DNA of 36,419 nucleotides from Endomicrobiales bacterium (lineage in GTDB: Bacteria > Elusimicrobiota > Endomicrobiia > Endomicrobiales > CAIRNS01), in the NCBI GenBank assembly GCA_049508565.1, contig JBELAT010000016.1:1-36419 (forward strand), in the 5' to 3' direction. Position numbers and translations under genes: made by a program. The number at the start of each line of letters is the position of its first letter. Position 1 is the stretch's first letter. Positions 17,409 to 27,015 of this stretch are shown here, piece by piece. The notes under the pieces are model-generated. The model was given only the letters and a program-made list of their open reading frames with translations. It had not been told where the DNA came from and did not search any database.

Positions 17409-18335
17409 TCAGCCCCCCTTAAGAGTATATGCACCCGTTAATATCAACGTGTTAATAATATACAGCACAATGGTTGCCTGTATGGGGAAACCCAATTTTT
17501 CCGGATTATCATAATTTTTTACCAGGCTCAGCGAGGAAGATACTGCCAGCGGTAGCGTCAGAAGCAAATAAAGTATTGCTGGAAGTTTGGCGTTTGCCGC
17601 CAGAAATATTACATATACATAAAGAAGAACTGAAATAACACAATACATATAAGCCGCGCTTTTACGCCCCATGCGGACTACGAGCGTTTGCTTCCCGCTC
17701 GCCTTGTCGGCGGTACAATCAGGTATCTCATTTATGAAAAGAATCAGGAAGACAAGTATACTCGGGACAATCGAGGGCAACAGAATCATGTATGTCAACG
17801 ATCGCGTCTGCACGTAAAATGCACCCAACGGGATCAGCAAACCGAAACAGGCGGCCACCAGCAGTTCCCCCACATAGTAAGATCCCAGGAACATGGAATA
17901 AGCAACAGCGGCCAGGAGCGCGGCTAACCCACCCAACAAAACCAGTGTACCAAAGTGGAAAACAAAAAATATGATAACGGCAAGCCCGGCAACAAGAAGA
18001 CATATCGCTTCCGCGAGAACCTCTCGGTGCGACATAAGGCCGTCCTGGATCATTCGTGATCCTCCCGTGAAGCCCTTGACATATTCCGTGTTGGCGGCGT
18101 CGGCGCCGTTGAGATAGTCGAAATAATCGTTTATGACATTTGCCCCGAGATGTACAAACACTGCGCCTGCCAAAGTCATCAATAGATACAGTACATTGAG
18201 CCGTGCGCCGGCTGAACGCGCGATGGCTGATCCGAGAAACACGGGCATGACGGATACAGCCAGAAATGGCAGTCTCATTTCTTTTAACCAGATCAGCAGA
18301 GAGTTTTTTTCGATAACGGTTTCATTTGGCATCAT
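17409..18335 (-). CDS. menA: UbiA-superfamily prenyltransferase, MenA-like (1,4-dihydroxy-2-naphthoate polyprenyltransferase type)
   Basis: 308-aa ORF with 8-9 TM helices. It has the motif NVINDYFDYLNGADAANTEY followed by GGSRMIQDGLMSHREV, which is MenA-like rather than CtaB-like. Confidence 0.75.
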   Translation of the reverse strand: MMPNETVIEKNSLLIWLKEMRLPFLAVSVMPVFLGSAIARSAGARLNVLYLLMTLAGAVFVHLGANVINDYFDYLNGADAANTEYVKGFTGGSRMIQDGLMSHREVLAEAICLLVAGLAVIIFFVFHFGTLVLLGGLAALLAAVAYSMFLGSYYVGELLVAACFGLLIPLGAFYVQTRSLTYMILLPSIVPSILVFLILFINEIPDCTADKASGKQTLVVRMGRKSAAYMYCVISVLLYVYVIFLAANAKLPAILYLLLTLPLAVSSSLSLVKNYDNPEKLGFPIQATIVLYIINTLILTGAYTLKGG

Positions 18336-18362
18336 ATATCCTCGTTTTTCATATTGTCGAGC

Positions 18363-19505
18363 TCACCCCTCAGGGAAAAGCGCCCGCGTGAAATATTGAA
18401 GTGCGTTTACAATAGAGTAATTGCGGTATCCTGACATAAAGTAATGCATGCTCAGACCGAGCTTACCAGAAACTTGAAAGTTCAGCGCACGTCCGGCGCT
18501 GACATTATAGATAGGCAGTATCACTCCCAGATCTGTCTGACTGTATTTTCTCATTGGCATACCTAAAGCGAGGCGACCCGTATTCACGCCGGCACACCAT
18601 CCCGAATGCAAGGCAAAATTAACACTCTTTCTCAGGTATCCGCCCTTGTAATGCGGCGTTCCCGTGTCGGCCGGGGCAAACACTTCGGGATACCGCGGCA
18701 CCTGCAGATAATCGTTTACCAGAAAACGCTTATCACCGATAACTTCGTAATCGCCTTTTATGCCATCTATTGCTATCTTCGTCCCGGCACACCAGCAGAA
18801 AAATACATCAGTGAACTTTTCTCCCGATTTTAATGTGACATTTTTTCCGTCAAATGAAGTCACCAGCGCGTTGGTCATTGTCTGAAACCCCAGGCCGGTT
18901 ATATATTTAGTGATATAGGTGCGGATTTTTTCTTCCGCAACGCCAAGTATTTCTTTTCCGGCCTCTGCCACGATTATCTTTGGTTTCTTATTGAGTCTCT
19001 GTCCCAGTCTAAAGAGTTCACCAGCTATCTCAAGACCGGTATAGCCTCCGCCCGTAACGAAAACGACGGGGTGCTCTGTTTTTTTGAGGTAATCAATATA
19101 TGCGCACTGCATGCGCATGGCATCATCCATGGTGTCAAGAAGGTATACTGATTCGAGCGACTGGTTGAAACCCCGCAAATTGGTTACCGAACCGCACGCC
19201 AGAACCAGATAATCGTACGGGTAGGTGCCTACCGGCGTTGAAACCGTCTTGCTCGGCAAGTCCACGCCAAGCACCTCTTCCTGCCTGAAATCTACAAATT
19301 CGGGAATAAGGTTTTTGGTAATTCCCGTCACTGCGTTAAACCCGAGTCCGCCGCTTACAACCATCGGCAATGACGGTTTCATTGTAGTGTACGGATACTT
19401 ATCAAAAAGCGTTATTTTTGCCGCAGGATCGCGTCTATGCAGGGACTTCATCGCCATGGCCGCGCTTCGCCCGGCAAACCCCCCCCCTACAATAATGATA
19501 TTCAT
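18363..19505 (-). CDS. NDH-2-like FAD-dependent pyridine nucleotide-disulfide oxidoreductase (type II NADH dehydrogenase / SQR-related)
   Basis: ORF 18363..19532. The likely start is MNIIIVGGGFAGRSAA at 19505, preceded by AAGGAG. A second dinucleotide fold is VVFVTGGGYTGLEIAGEL. Confidence 0.7.
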   Translation of the reverse strand: MNIIIVGGGFAGRSAAMAMKSLHRRDPAAKITLFDKYPYTTMKPSLPMVVSGGLGFNAVTGITKNLIPEFVDFRQEEVLGVDLPSKTVSTPVGTYPYDYLVLACGSVTNLRGFNQSLESVYLLDTMDDAMRMQCAYIDYLKKTEHPVVFVTGGGYTGLEIAGELFRLGQRLNKKPKIIVAEAGKEILGVAEEKIRTYITKYITGLGFQTMTNALVTSFDGKNVTLKSGEKFTDVFFCWCAGTKIAIDGIKGDYEVIGDKRFLVNDYLQVPRYPEVFAPADTGTPHYKGGYLRKSVNFALHSGWCAGVNTGRLALGMPMRKYSQTDLGVILPIYNVSAGRALNFQVSGKLGLSMHYFMSGYRNYSIVNALQYFTRALFPEG

Positions 19506-19991
19506 GATAAATTCTCCTTCACACACATACATTTATAAAAAGGCTTTATAGTTCTATACTGTGGATTTTATTAAAATCACCCGCTACTTGTAATGACCTG
19601 CTTAAGCTTAAGACTGACTTATTTCTTCTTCAATTCAAAAGAGATAAAAAAAAGGCAAAATGAAAAGCGCGGAAATGACCGTAACTGTTTTTGTAAGTAA
19701 ATTTGTTATGAATGAAATACCGCTTAACCCAGAATTTATCGTTTTTCAGGCCCAAAGGTTGGCTTGCATGTATTGGTTGCGTAGTTGCTGGATTGGTGTC
19801 GAATGGTCCCCGTTTCGAGGCACAGTTGGTTTTATTATTTGGAGTAGCATGTAATTCTGTAATTTCATTAAAACCATCAAGTAGAGATATGTTATTTTTA
19901 AATGGAGGCAAACAATACACTGTTCCATTCAAATTTTAGATAATACTATCTGCTAATAAGACCATTTGATTTCATTACTGGGAGCCCACCG

Positions 19992-20327
19992 ATGAAAAGA
20001 TATTTCGTTGTACTCGCAACTGTTTTTCTTTTAAGTGGTTACACATTCTCGGATATCAAATTGGATGATACAGTAGCAAGCGATACCGGGACAGTAAACG
20101 TTGAGCCGACGCAAGATTGCGTCATACTGAGAAATGGGGTTATGTGGATGGAAAAGAATGGCTTACTAACGATTATGGATTCAGACATGATTATGCCCAA
20201 TGGTACAGTGGTTAAGACAAATGGCACCTACACATTGAAAGACGGTACCAAAAAGAAACTGAAAAACGGTCAAATGATAGGTATGGATGGCACTATGATA
20301 CAACATACGAGACTTAACTTAAAATAA
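19992..20327 (+). CDS. Small secreted protein with Gly/Thr/Met-rich short repeats, function unknown
   Basis: The only plus-strand gene. It is 111 aa, with GGGAG upstream and a signal peptide (MKRYFVVLATVFLLSGYTFS). Repeats include DCVILRNGVMWMEKNG, IMPNGTVVKTNGTYTLKDGTKKKLKNGQMIGMDGTMI. These resemble the DCVMMKDGKMM-type repeat proteins of unknown function I recall from Bacteroidota; that recollection is unverified. Confidence 0.6.
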   Translation: MKRYFVVLATVFLLSGYTFSDIKLDDTVASDTGTVNVEPTQDCVILRNGVMWMEKNGLLTIMDSDMIMPNGTVVKTNGTYTLKDGTKKKLKNGQMIGMDGTMIQHTRLNLK

Positions 20328-20486
20328 TATTATTTAACACATGCTGGAAACGCTGCCACTGATAAATGGGATTAGTCAAAATGGAGTCAAGAAAGAAAAA
20401 AACATCTAAGCAAAACTAAATGCAAAACGAGCATGCATGCGCCATCATTCATTTAAAAATAAATATGTGTGTGATAATCTATCTTA

Positions 20487-20771
20487 TTATTTCATAGATG
20501 ACTGGTTTTCCCTGTTAATAATCATTTCAATTATTATTGTTGTATTTATAAAGCTTCCGACCAGGCCCATGACTATGAAAACAACAACCACAGCTTTATG
20601 AATACCAAAATGGCGCATTAAAGACGAACCGATTAAATACCCGATATAGGGACCGGCGGCCATTTCAAAAGGGATCGATAAAGCCAGTGCACCCCACCGG
20701 GCTATTTTCAAAATATTATCTGTTTTTTTTCTTTCTGGCCTCTTCCTGTTAGAATCAGGCTGCATCGACAT
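20487..20771 (-). CDS. AtpZ/AtpI-like small membrane protein (two TM helices)
   Basis: ORF 20487..20846. The likely start is MSMQPDSNRK at 20771 and overlaps the ATPase 3' end. A basic N-tail is followed by WGALALSIPFEMAAGPYIGYLIGSSL and a second helix VVVVFIVMGLVGSFI. This is the pattern of the 'ATPase gene 1' family found upstream of F-type/N-type ATPase operons. Confidence 0.5.
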   Translation of the reverse strand: MSMQPDSNRKRPERKKTDNILKIARWGALALSIPFEMAAGPYIGYLIGSSLMRHFGIHKAVVVVFIVMGLVGSFINTTIIIEMIINRENQSSMK

Positions 20772-23310
20772 GGTGCACCTCTTTATTTGACGGTGGTTTC
20801 TGATTGGATTTTTTTGTAGTGACGGAATCAAAAGCTCGGTACGCAAGCAATTTTAAGCGGTCATTTAAAAGAAACCATGCCAGCGCATATCCCCACACAA
20901 ACAATGCCCACCCCCACCCGAGGGGTGTCATGAACAACCCGTAAACCGCTATCAACGTTGCCACAATTTGTGTGCCGAGGATAGCCATCCATAAGATCTT
21001 TGCGGGGCGTATGGACCAGAAAGGGCCGCGGGTGCGTGTAAGAAAGATTGTCAAATGTCCGGCGACGGATAGCTTCAAATACATCAGCGTCTGTATATGC
21101 GCACGGTCGAGATGAAAGACGCGCTCGCCTAGATAAAACAAACCGAAGGCGGAGACCACCCCGATGATACCCAGTACCGTAGAGATCCCCAAAACCATAC
21201 GCATATTCCAGGCTTCAGGCTGATCCTTGTAATGCACGTTGTCATAGGCGATTGATAAGATAGCGCCATCGTTAAGCAACGCCAGCATCACGATCATCAC
21301 CGCCGTTAAGGGATAAAAGTTGAAGACCAGGATCGCCAAGGTCATGAAGAACAACACGCGTAATGTTTCGGCTATACGGTATATTGCATAACTGTTCATT
21401 CGCTGAAAGATGCGGCGGCTTTCCTTGATCGCATCAATGATCACGCTAAGACCGGGCATCATTAGTACGATGGATGCCGCTGCGCGCGCCGCGTCCGTAG
21501 CTCCCGAAACCGCGATGCCACAATCTGCTTTCTTCAGCGCTGGGGCGTCATTGACGCCGTCACCCGTCATACCAACGATATGCCCCCTTTTTTGCAGGAC
21601 ATCTACAATATGGAACTTGTGTTCGGGAAACACCTGTGCGAAACCGTCGGCGCTCTCGATAGACTCGGCCACCGCCGTGGACTCTTGTTTTTTCGAATCG
21701 CCCAGGCCTCCAGCATCGAGAATATTTGGGCCCATGTTTAACTTTTTGGCTGTTTCTCTGGCGATGGCCAGAGCATCGCCCGTAACCATCTTAATTTTCA
21801 CACCCATATGGAGTGCGGTGGCGATGGTTATCTTGGCATCTTCGCGCGGAGGATCAAACAAGGGCAACACACCAACAAACTGCCATTGTCCCTCACCTTG
21901 GGCCCATGCCACGCCCAGCGAGCGGAATCCGCGCGCGGCGAACTCGTTGATGGCTTTCTCAACGGTGGACTTTACCTGGCCGACATTGGCTGACAATTCT
22001 AATATCACCTGCGGAGCACCTTTCGTCGTCTTGAATGTCTTGCCGTCTTTGGTTTTGACGGTTGACTCGGTACGTTTATGAACCGCGTCGAACGGCTGAA
22101 AATGAATCACTTCATACATCTTCAAAGCCTCTTTGTCTTTGAGACCCCCCAGAACAGCCAGATCAATGGTGTCATTATTTTCAGCACGTGATGCAAGTGC
22201 AGCATAGAGTATCACTTGCGTAGCAGGGATATTGTCAAGACTAAACGGTTCGCCGAGTGTCAATTTGTTTTGGGTAAGAGTGCCGGTCTTGTCAGCACAC
22301 AATATGTCGACGCCTGCCAGTTCCTCGATAGCGACCAGCTTGGTCACGATCGCCTCTTTTTTGGCTAGCAGGCGCGCTCCGACAGCCATGGTCACTGACA
22401 GGACCGTGGGCATTGCCACGGGAATTGCCGCTACCGTTAACACCAAGGCGAACTGAAGTGTAGTAAGAATAGGGTCACCTCGGTGAATCGCAAATCCAAT
22501 AATCACTGCTACCAGAGCAGCAGCGAGGATGATCAGGTAATTGCCGATCTTCAAAACCGCCTTTTGAAAATGACTGATGGTGCGGGATTGCTGTACCAGT
22601 TGAGCCGTTTTTCCGAAGTAGGTGTTAGCGCCCGTGGCATAGACCAGCGCTCCAATCTCCCCCAGACGGATAATAGAGCCCGAAAACACTGCATCACCGG
22701 GTTTACGCGTGGCGGGCAGCGATTCTCCTGTCAAGGCGGACTGATCCACTTCCAACGGGTCGCCCTCTAATAATCGCGCATCCGCCGGGACAATATCACC
22801 TAAGCGCAATCTGATTATGTCGCCAGGTACTAAATCACGCGCCGGTGGAGTGATCCACTTTCCATCGCGTTTCACCCGCGCATTGATCGCGAGCTTAGCC
22901 TTTAGAGCGTCGACAGCGTTTCCTGCCTCGCGTTCTTCCCATGATGCGACTACGGCGTTTGCCATAAGAAGAAGAAAAATGATGGTAAAATCAGGCCAAT
23001 GCCGGGCTACGGCCGAAAGAATGACTGCCGCTTCAATCATCCACGGGATGGGGCCCCAAAAATAGCTTAGGAATTTCAAAAGTGGATTGACTTTCTTTTC
23101 TGTGATCTCGTTAGGTCCGTATTGAGCCAGCCGTTTCTGGGCCTCAGTTTGGCTTAAACCCTCTGGCGATGACCCCAGCTTTGCCTGCAGTTCTTGCATG
23201 GGAAGAATTTTCATGTCGACATTGGACTGAGATGCGGGATCCGGCTTCAATTCTGGTTCTTTTTTGGTTGCAATTTCCTGTTCATTCATACATACGTTCC
23301 TTTCGCGCAT
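20755..23310 (-). CDS. P-type ATPase, subfamily P3A (plasma-membrane-type proton-efflux ATPase)
   Basis: 851-aa ORF; an alternative start MNEQEI lies at 23289, preceded by AAAGGAA. Motifs: LEGDPLEVDQSALTGESLP, CADKTGTLTQNKLT, KMVTGD, and MTGDGVNDAPALKKADCGIAVSGATDAARAAASIVLMMPGLSVIIDAIKESRRIFQRM. The last is nearly identical to plant/fungal AHA/PMA1 motifs. The N-terminus GLSQTEAQKRLAQYGPNEI also fits. Confidence 0.9.
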   Translation of the reverse strand: MRERNVCMNEQEIATKKEPELKPDPASQSNVDMKILPMQELQAKLGSSPEGLSQTEAQKRLAQYGPNEITEKKVNPLLKFLSYFWGPIPWMIEAAVILSAVARHWPDFTIIFLLLMANAVVASWEEREAGNAVDALKAKLAINARVKRDGKWITPPARDLVPGDIIRLRLGDIVPADARLLEGDPLEVDQSALTGESLPATRKPGDAVFSGSIIRLGEIGALVYATGANTYFGKTAQLVQQSRTISHFQKAVLKIGNYLIILAAALVAVIIGFAIHRGDPILTTLQFALVLTVAAIPVAMPTVLSVTMAVGARLLAKKEAIVTKLVAIEELAGVDILCADKTGTLTQNKLTLGEPFSLDNIPATQVILYAALASRAENNDTIDLAVLGGLKDKEALKMYEVIHFQPFDAVHKRTESTVKTKDGKTFKTTKGAPQVILELSANVGQVKSTVEKAINEFAARGFRSLGVAWAQGEGQWQFVGVLPLFDPPREDAKITIATALHMGVKIKMVTGDALAIARETAKKLNMGPNILDAGGLGDSKKQESTAVAESIESADGFAQVFPEHKFHIVDVLQKRGHIVGMTGDGVNDAPALKKADCGIAVSGATDAARAAASIVLMMPGLSVIIDAIKESRRIFQRMNSYAIYRIAETLRVLFFMTLAILVFNFYPLTAVMIVMLALLNDGAILSIAYDNVHYKDQPEAWNMRMVLGISTVLGIIGVVSAFGLFYLGERVFHLDRAHIQTLMYLKLSVAGHLTIFLTRTRGPFWSIRPAKILWMAILGTQIVATLIAVYGLFMTPLGWGWALFVWGYALAWFLLNDRLKLLAYRAFDSVTTKKSNQKPPSNKEVHHVDAA

Positions 23311-23787
23311 TCTATGATTGTTTAATCATTGCCGTGCATCTCTTAGTTCGCGCTCAGTTGAACAAACAACCATCTTTGTCGAAAAGTGTCATTAGAAATA
23401 GTTTTTTTTCGTCCTTACAACGCTTTTCGCATAGTTTTCAATTCCTATCGGCGTTTCTCTGTAATCTTGGGATATGCCATCTTATTTAATAACTCATTTT
23501 GATTTGAAGCTTTGTCATATCAAACATCTTGAATAAGACATAGATTGAATTTACCGCAAGACCAATTATCAAAATCCAAATCAGTGCCAGACTACGAACA
23601 TTACAAGTACATGAAAAGCGTTACCAAACTTGTTTTTGCTGATCAAACAAAAAAACTCGTTCTGACTCATTTCCTGCTCTAGAAAAACTCATTGATTAAT
23701 ATTTCTCTATTAACCGTTCGAATGAAATCCCAGAACCTTCACACAACTTTCCATTATTTCGTGTCATCCGGTTAGGGGCATCGTTTT

Positions 23788-23847
23788 GGCTGTCTTGTCG
23801 TTTATTTTTTCGGCTGTCTGTCACGCTATCATTTGTTGTCTGTCAAA
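23788..23847. repeat. Three direct repeats of a TGTCT(T)GTC core spaced about two helical turns apart; candidate regulator binding array
   Basis: The repeats are GGCTGTCTTGTCG (23788-23800), GGCTGTCTGTCACG (12 nt GGCTGTCTGTCA at 23812-23823; 14 nt to 23825) and GTTGTCTGTCAAA (23835-23847). The cores start 24 and 22 nt apart. The array lies in the 627-bp spacer between the xfp stop and the ATPase start. Confidence 0.3.
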
Positions 23848-23937
23848 GTACTTAGTGACTGCAAGGCAATCTTCTCCTAGCTTATGACCATTGAAATATA
23901 TAAAATCTCGTCACCTTTTTTTGATATCCAATTGTTA

Positions 23938-26322
23938 TTACTTGTGTTCCGGCATTCCGTCTTGACTCCATTTCCACTGACGAACTTCGGGCATATCTTG
24001 ACCGTACTTTTCGACATACAGCCTGTGCTCGACGAGTTTATTCTCAATTAGCTGTTTTACAACGGCACCGCGTGCGCCGATCTGCGGCAACCGACTTAAA
24101 GCATCCAGCACTAAATGAAATCTGTCAAGACCGTTTAAAACCGTCATATCAAAATACGTGGTAATAGTGCCCTCTTCTTTGTAGCCGTGGACATGCATGT
24201 TTTTATGGTTGTTGCGACGGTAGGTCAGGCGGTGAATGAGCGCAGGGTATCCATGGAACGCAAATATAACCGGCTTGTCTTTAGTAAATAAGGCATCGAA
24301 TTCTTGTTCTCTCAAACCATGCGGATGTTGTGTATCCGATTCCAGTTTCATCAGATCCACTACATTTATAACGCGAACCTTCACTTCAGGCAAATGTTCT
24401 CGAAGGATGGAAACAGCGGCCAAACACTCAAGGGTGGGCACATCACCGCAGCAGGCCATCACCAAATCCGGTTCCCTTCCTTTATCGGTGCTTGCCCATT
24501 TCCATACACCAATCCCCCGGGAGCAATGCTCGATCGCGGTTTCCATATCCAACCATTGCGGTGCCATATATTTGCCCGCAATGACGACATTAACATAGTG
24601 CCGGCTCCGCAAACAGTGATTCATCACCGATAGCAGGCAGTTTGCATCAGGCGGTAGGTATACCCGCGCGATAGAAGCTTTCTTGTTTACCACATGGTCG
24701 AGAAAACCGGGATCCTGATGAGTAAATCCGTTATGAGCTTGCTGCCAGACGTGAGATGCAAGAAGAAAGTTCAATGATGCTATCTTACACCGCCATTGCA
24801 ACTCAGCAGTAACCTTTAACCACTTGGCGTGCTGGTTGAACATCGAATCGACAATATGAATAAATGCCTCATAGCAATTGAACAGTCCGTGCCGGCCCGT
24901 GAGCAAATAACCCTCAAGCCAACCCTCACATTGATGTTCGCTCAGCATTTCCATTACCCGGCCGTCTGATGCAAGAAACTCATCATTTTTTTCAATTCGG
25001 GCTTCCCACTGCCGGTTAGTGACTTCAAAAACGGCATTTAACCGGTTTGAAAGAGTTTCATCAGGCCCGAATATCCTAAAGTTCCTGTGCTCTTTATTGA
25101 GTGAAACCACTTCGCGCAAAAACTCTCCGAGTATATGTGCGTCGGACGCCTCAACTGACCCGGGCGCCGGCACATCCACCGCATATGTGCGAAAATCCGG
25201 CATAATCAAGTCGCGGAGCAGAGCTCCTCCGTTGGTGTGAGGATTGGCGCTCATGCGTCGTTCGCCTTTAGGCGCAAGCTCTGCCAATTCCGGCAACAAT
25301 CGCCCCTGCGTATCAAAGAGTTCTTCAGGCTTATAGCTTTTCATCCAATTTTCAAGAAGCTTTAAATGATCGGGATGCTCGCTATCCACCTGTAACGGAA
25401 TTTGGTGTGATCGGAAAGTGCCCTCAATGGGCATGCCATCAACTACTTTCGGCCCAGTCCATCCCTTGGGCGTTTTAAGGACAATCATCGGCCACCGCGG
25501 GCGCTTTGCATCATTTTTATCGCGGGCGTTGCTTTTTATGTGTTGAATTGTTTCAATGACCTCTTCTAAAATACCGGCCATACGTTGATGCATCATGTCC
25601 GGATCATCGCCTTCTACAAAGTACGGCGTCCACCCATACCCGCGGAGCAACTGGTCCAATTCCTCGTGCTCTATGCGGGCCAGCACGGCTGGGTTGGCTA
25701 TTTTATATCCATTAAGATGCAGAATCGGCAGAACGGCACCATCAGTGATAGGATTGAGAAATTTATTGGAGTGCCACGCGGTCGCCAGCGGTCCAGTTTC
25801 CGCTTCGCCGTCACCGATAACGCAGGCTACAATCAAATCGGGATTATCGAATGCGGCCCCAAACGCATGGCTCAGCGAGTATCCCAGTTCGCCACCTTCG
25901 TGGATAGATCCCGGGGTTGTCGGTGCAACGTGGCTTGAAATGCCGCCGGGAAACGAAAATTGTTTGAATAACTTTCTTAGACCGTCTTCATCTCGGGTAA
26001 CGTCCGGATACACTTCACTCCAGGTGCCTTCCAGATAAACATTGCCCACAATAGCCGGACCGCCGTGGCCCGGTCCCGCGACATAGAACATGTTAAGATC
26101 ATACTTTTTGATGACCCGGTTTAAATGGACATATATAAAGTTTTGGCCCGGCGTCGTGCCCCAGTGGCCTAGGAGCATGGATTTAATGTGTGAAAGTTTT
26201 AGCGGTTCTCGAAGCAATGGGTTGTCGCGAAGGTAGAGCTGCCCGACAGACAAATAGTTGGCCGCTCGCCAGTAGGCGTTCATCGTGTGGAGCAATTCCG
26301 GTGACAGAGTGTTAATGTTCAT
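23938..26322 (-). CDS. xfp: Phosphoketolase (xylulose-5-phosphate/fructose-6-phosphate phosphoketolase)
   Basis: 794-aa ORF containing [28 protein letters not shown], and the signature [24 protein letters not shown] and GDGEAETGP. Confidence 0.95.
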   Translation of the reverse strand: MNINTLSPELLHTMNAYWRAANYLSVGQLYLRDNPLLREPLKLSHIKSMLLGHWGTTPGQNFIYVHLNRVIKKYDLNMFYVAGPGHGGPAIVGNVYLEGTWSEVYPDVTRDEDGLRKLFKQFSFPGGISSHVAPTTPGSIHEGGELGYSLSHAFGAAFDNPDLIVACVIGDGEAETGPLATAWHSNKFLNPITDGAVLPILHLNGYKIANPAVLARIEHEELDQLLRGYGWTPYFVEGDDPDMMHQRMAGILEEVIETIQHIKSNARDKNDAKRPRWPMIVLKTPKGWTGPKVVDGMPIEGTFRSHQIPLQVDSEHPDHLKLLENWMKSYKPEELFDTQGRLLPELAELAPKGERRMSANPHTNGGALLRDLIMPDFRTYAVDVPAPGSVEASDAHILGEFLREVVSLNKEHRNFRIFGPDETLSNRLNAVFEVTNRQWEARIEKNDEFLASDGRVMEMLSEHQCEGWLEGYLLTGRHGLFNCYEAFIHIVDSMFNQHAKWLKVTAELQWRCKIASLNFLLASHVWQQAHNGFTHQDPGFLDHVVNKKASIARVYLPPDANCLLSVMNHCLRSRHYVNVVIAGKYMAPQWLDMETAIEHCSRGIGVWKWASTDKGREPDLVMACCGDVPTLECLAAVSILREHLPEVKVRVINVVDLMKLESDTQHPHGLREQEFDALFTKDKPVIFAFHGYPALIHRLTYRRNNHKNMHVHGYKEEGTITTYFDMTVLNGLDRFHLVLDALSRLPQIGARGAVVKQLIENKLVEHRLYVEKYGQDMPEVRQWKWSQDGMPEHK

Positions 26323-26388
26323 AGTTCAATCTCCTTATTTAAGTAAGTCCTGATGCGCGAGTGTGACGAGTTTTTAAACGCCCCTTTG

Positions 26389-27015
26389 TCATTGCGCATC
26401 TTCTAATCCCCACGCAGCCAGTTTCGCGCGAGTGGACAGGTAATCCACATGAAGAACACTTCGGATCCCTAAAGCTTGAGCAATAGTGACGAACATTGGA
26501 GTGTTTTCTATATAGATAACCTTATCAGCTGTTACCTGCACAGTATCGAGTGCAAGCCGAATAATATCTGAATCAGGCTTTCTCAAATGCACAAAGCACG
26601 AGGAAATGAAACAATCAACAAAACCATCAAGCTGAAACTTTCTGATCCGGTACTCATTGATTTCTCGGCCTTCGTTGCTGACAACGACAATCTTTAACCC
26701 GTATCTTTCTTTAAGTCTTCGGATCAATGTGATCATTTCAGGATATGGTTTTGACTGGGCGAATATGAAGTCGCGAAACTGGGCATGAGTAAACGGCCGC
26801 TCTTCATAAAACACCAGCCAGTTTAAATATTCCGTTATGGTAATCTTACCCAACTCGTACGTGTTGAGAACCTGGATGCGCCGGCTATCGAGCTCTTTAA
26901 AATCAAGACCAAACTTCTTGGCAGCCAGTTTGCTTGCTGCATGAGACCATCCGTCAGTAAGCAAAACGCCGCCGATATCTAAGAAAAGTGTCGTAACTAC
27001 TCTGGTTTTTCTCAC
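26389..27015 (-). CDS. HAD-superfamily phosphatase (subfamily IA-like)
   Basis: 208-aa ORF with a GTG start overlapping the glgX stop (GTGA). Motif I is LFLDIGGVLLTDGW, motif II VVSNEG, and a C-terminal Asp region follows. Confidence 0.75.
   Translation of the reverse strand: MRKTRVVTTLFLDIGGVLLTDGWSHAASKLAAKKFGLDFKELDSRRIQVLNTYELGKITITEYLNWLVFYEERPFTHAQFRDFIFAQSKPYPEMITLIRRLKERYGLKIVVVSNEGREINEYRIRKFQLDGFVDCFISSCFVHLRKPDSDIIRLALDTVQVTADKVIYIENTPMFVTIAQALGIRSVLHVDYLSTRAKLAAWGLEDAQ

Noticed and set aside
19601-19612. Perfect palindrome CTTAAGCTTAAG upstream of the NDH-2-like gene, considered as an operator
   Set aside because: It is a single occurrence in AT-rich DNA with no second copy in the window. 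It is mentioned under the spacer finding, but a feature call on sequence alone is not supportable.
19630-19932. 100-aa minus-strand ORF (and overlapping 60-75-aa ORFs on both strands) in the AT-rich spacer
   Set aside because: There is no ribosome-binding site, signal, TM helix or motif. Several mutually overlapping ORFs of similar length in AT-rich DNA suggest chance. It cannot be excluded as an orphan gene without expression data.
20431-20440. GCATGCATGC palindrome in the convergent gap after the plus-strand gene and the AtpZ-like gene, considered as a bidirectional terminator
   Set aside because: The stem would be 4 bp with a 2-nt loop and there is no adjacent U-tract. That is not a credible intrinsic terminator.
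23354-23392. Mini-ORF MTLFDKDGCLFN in the ATPase leader, whose FDKDG resembles a HAD/P-type phosphorylation-site motif; considered as a gene relic or leader peptide
   Set aside because: It is only 12 codons, has no ribosome-binding site, and the similarity extends no further in any frame. It is most likely coincidence.
23768-23783. CCGGTTAGGGGCATCG, reminiscent of the GTTAGGTGAGGC core of the Mg2+-sensing M-box riboswitch, upstream of a P-type ATPase
   Set aside because: It is on the plus strand, antisense to the ATPase transcript. It is only a partial core match, and none of the other conserved M-box helices could be traced around it.
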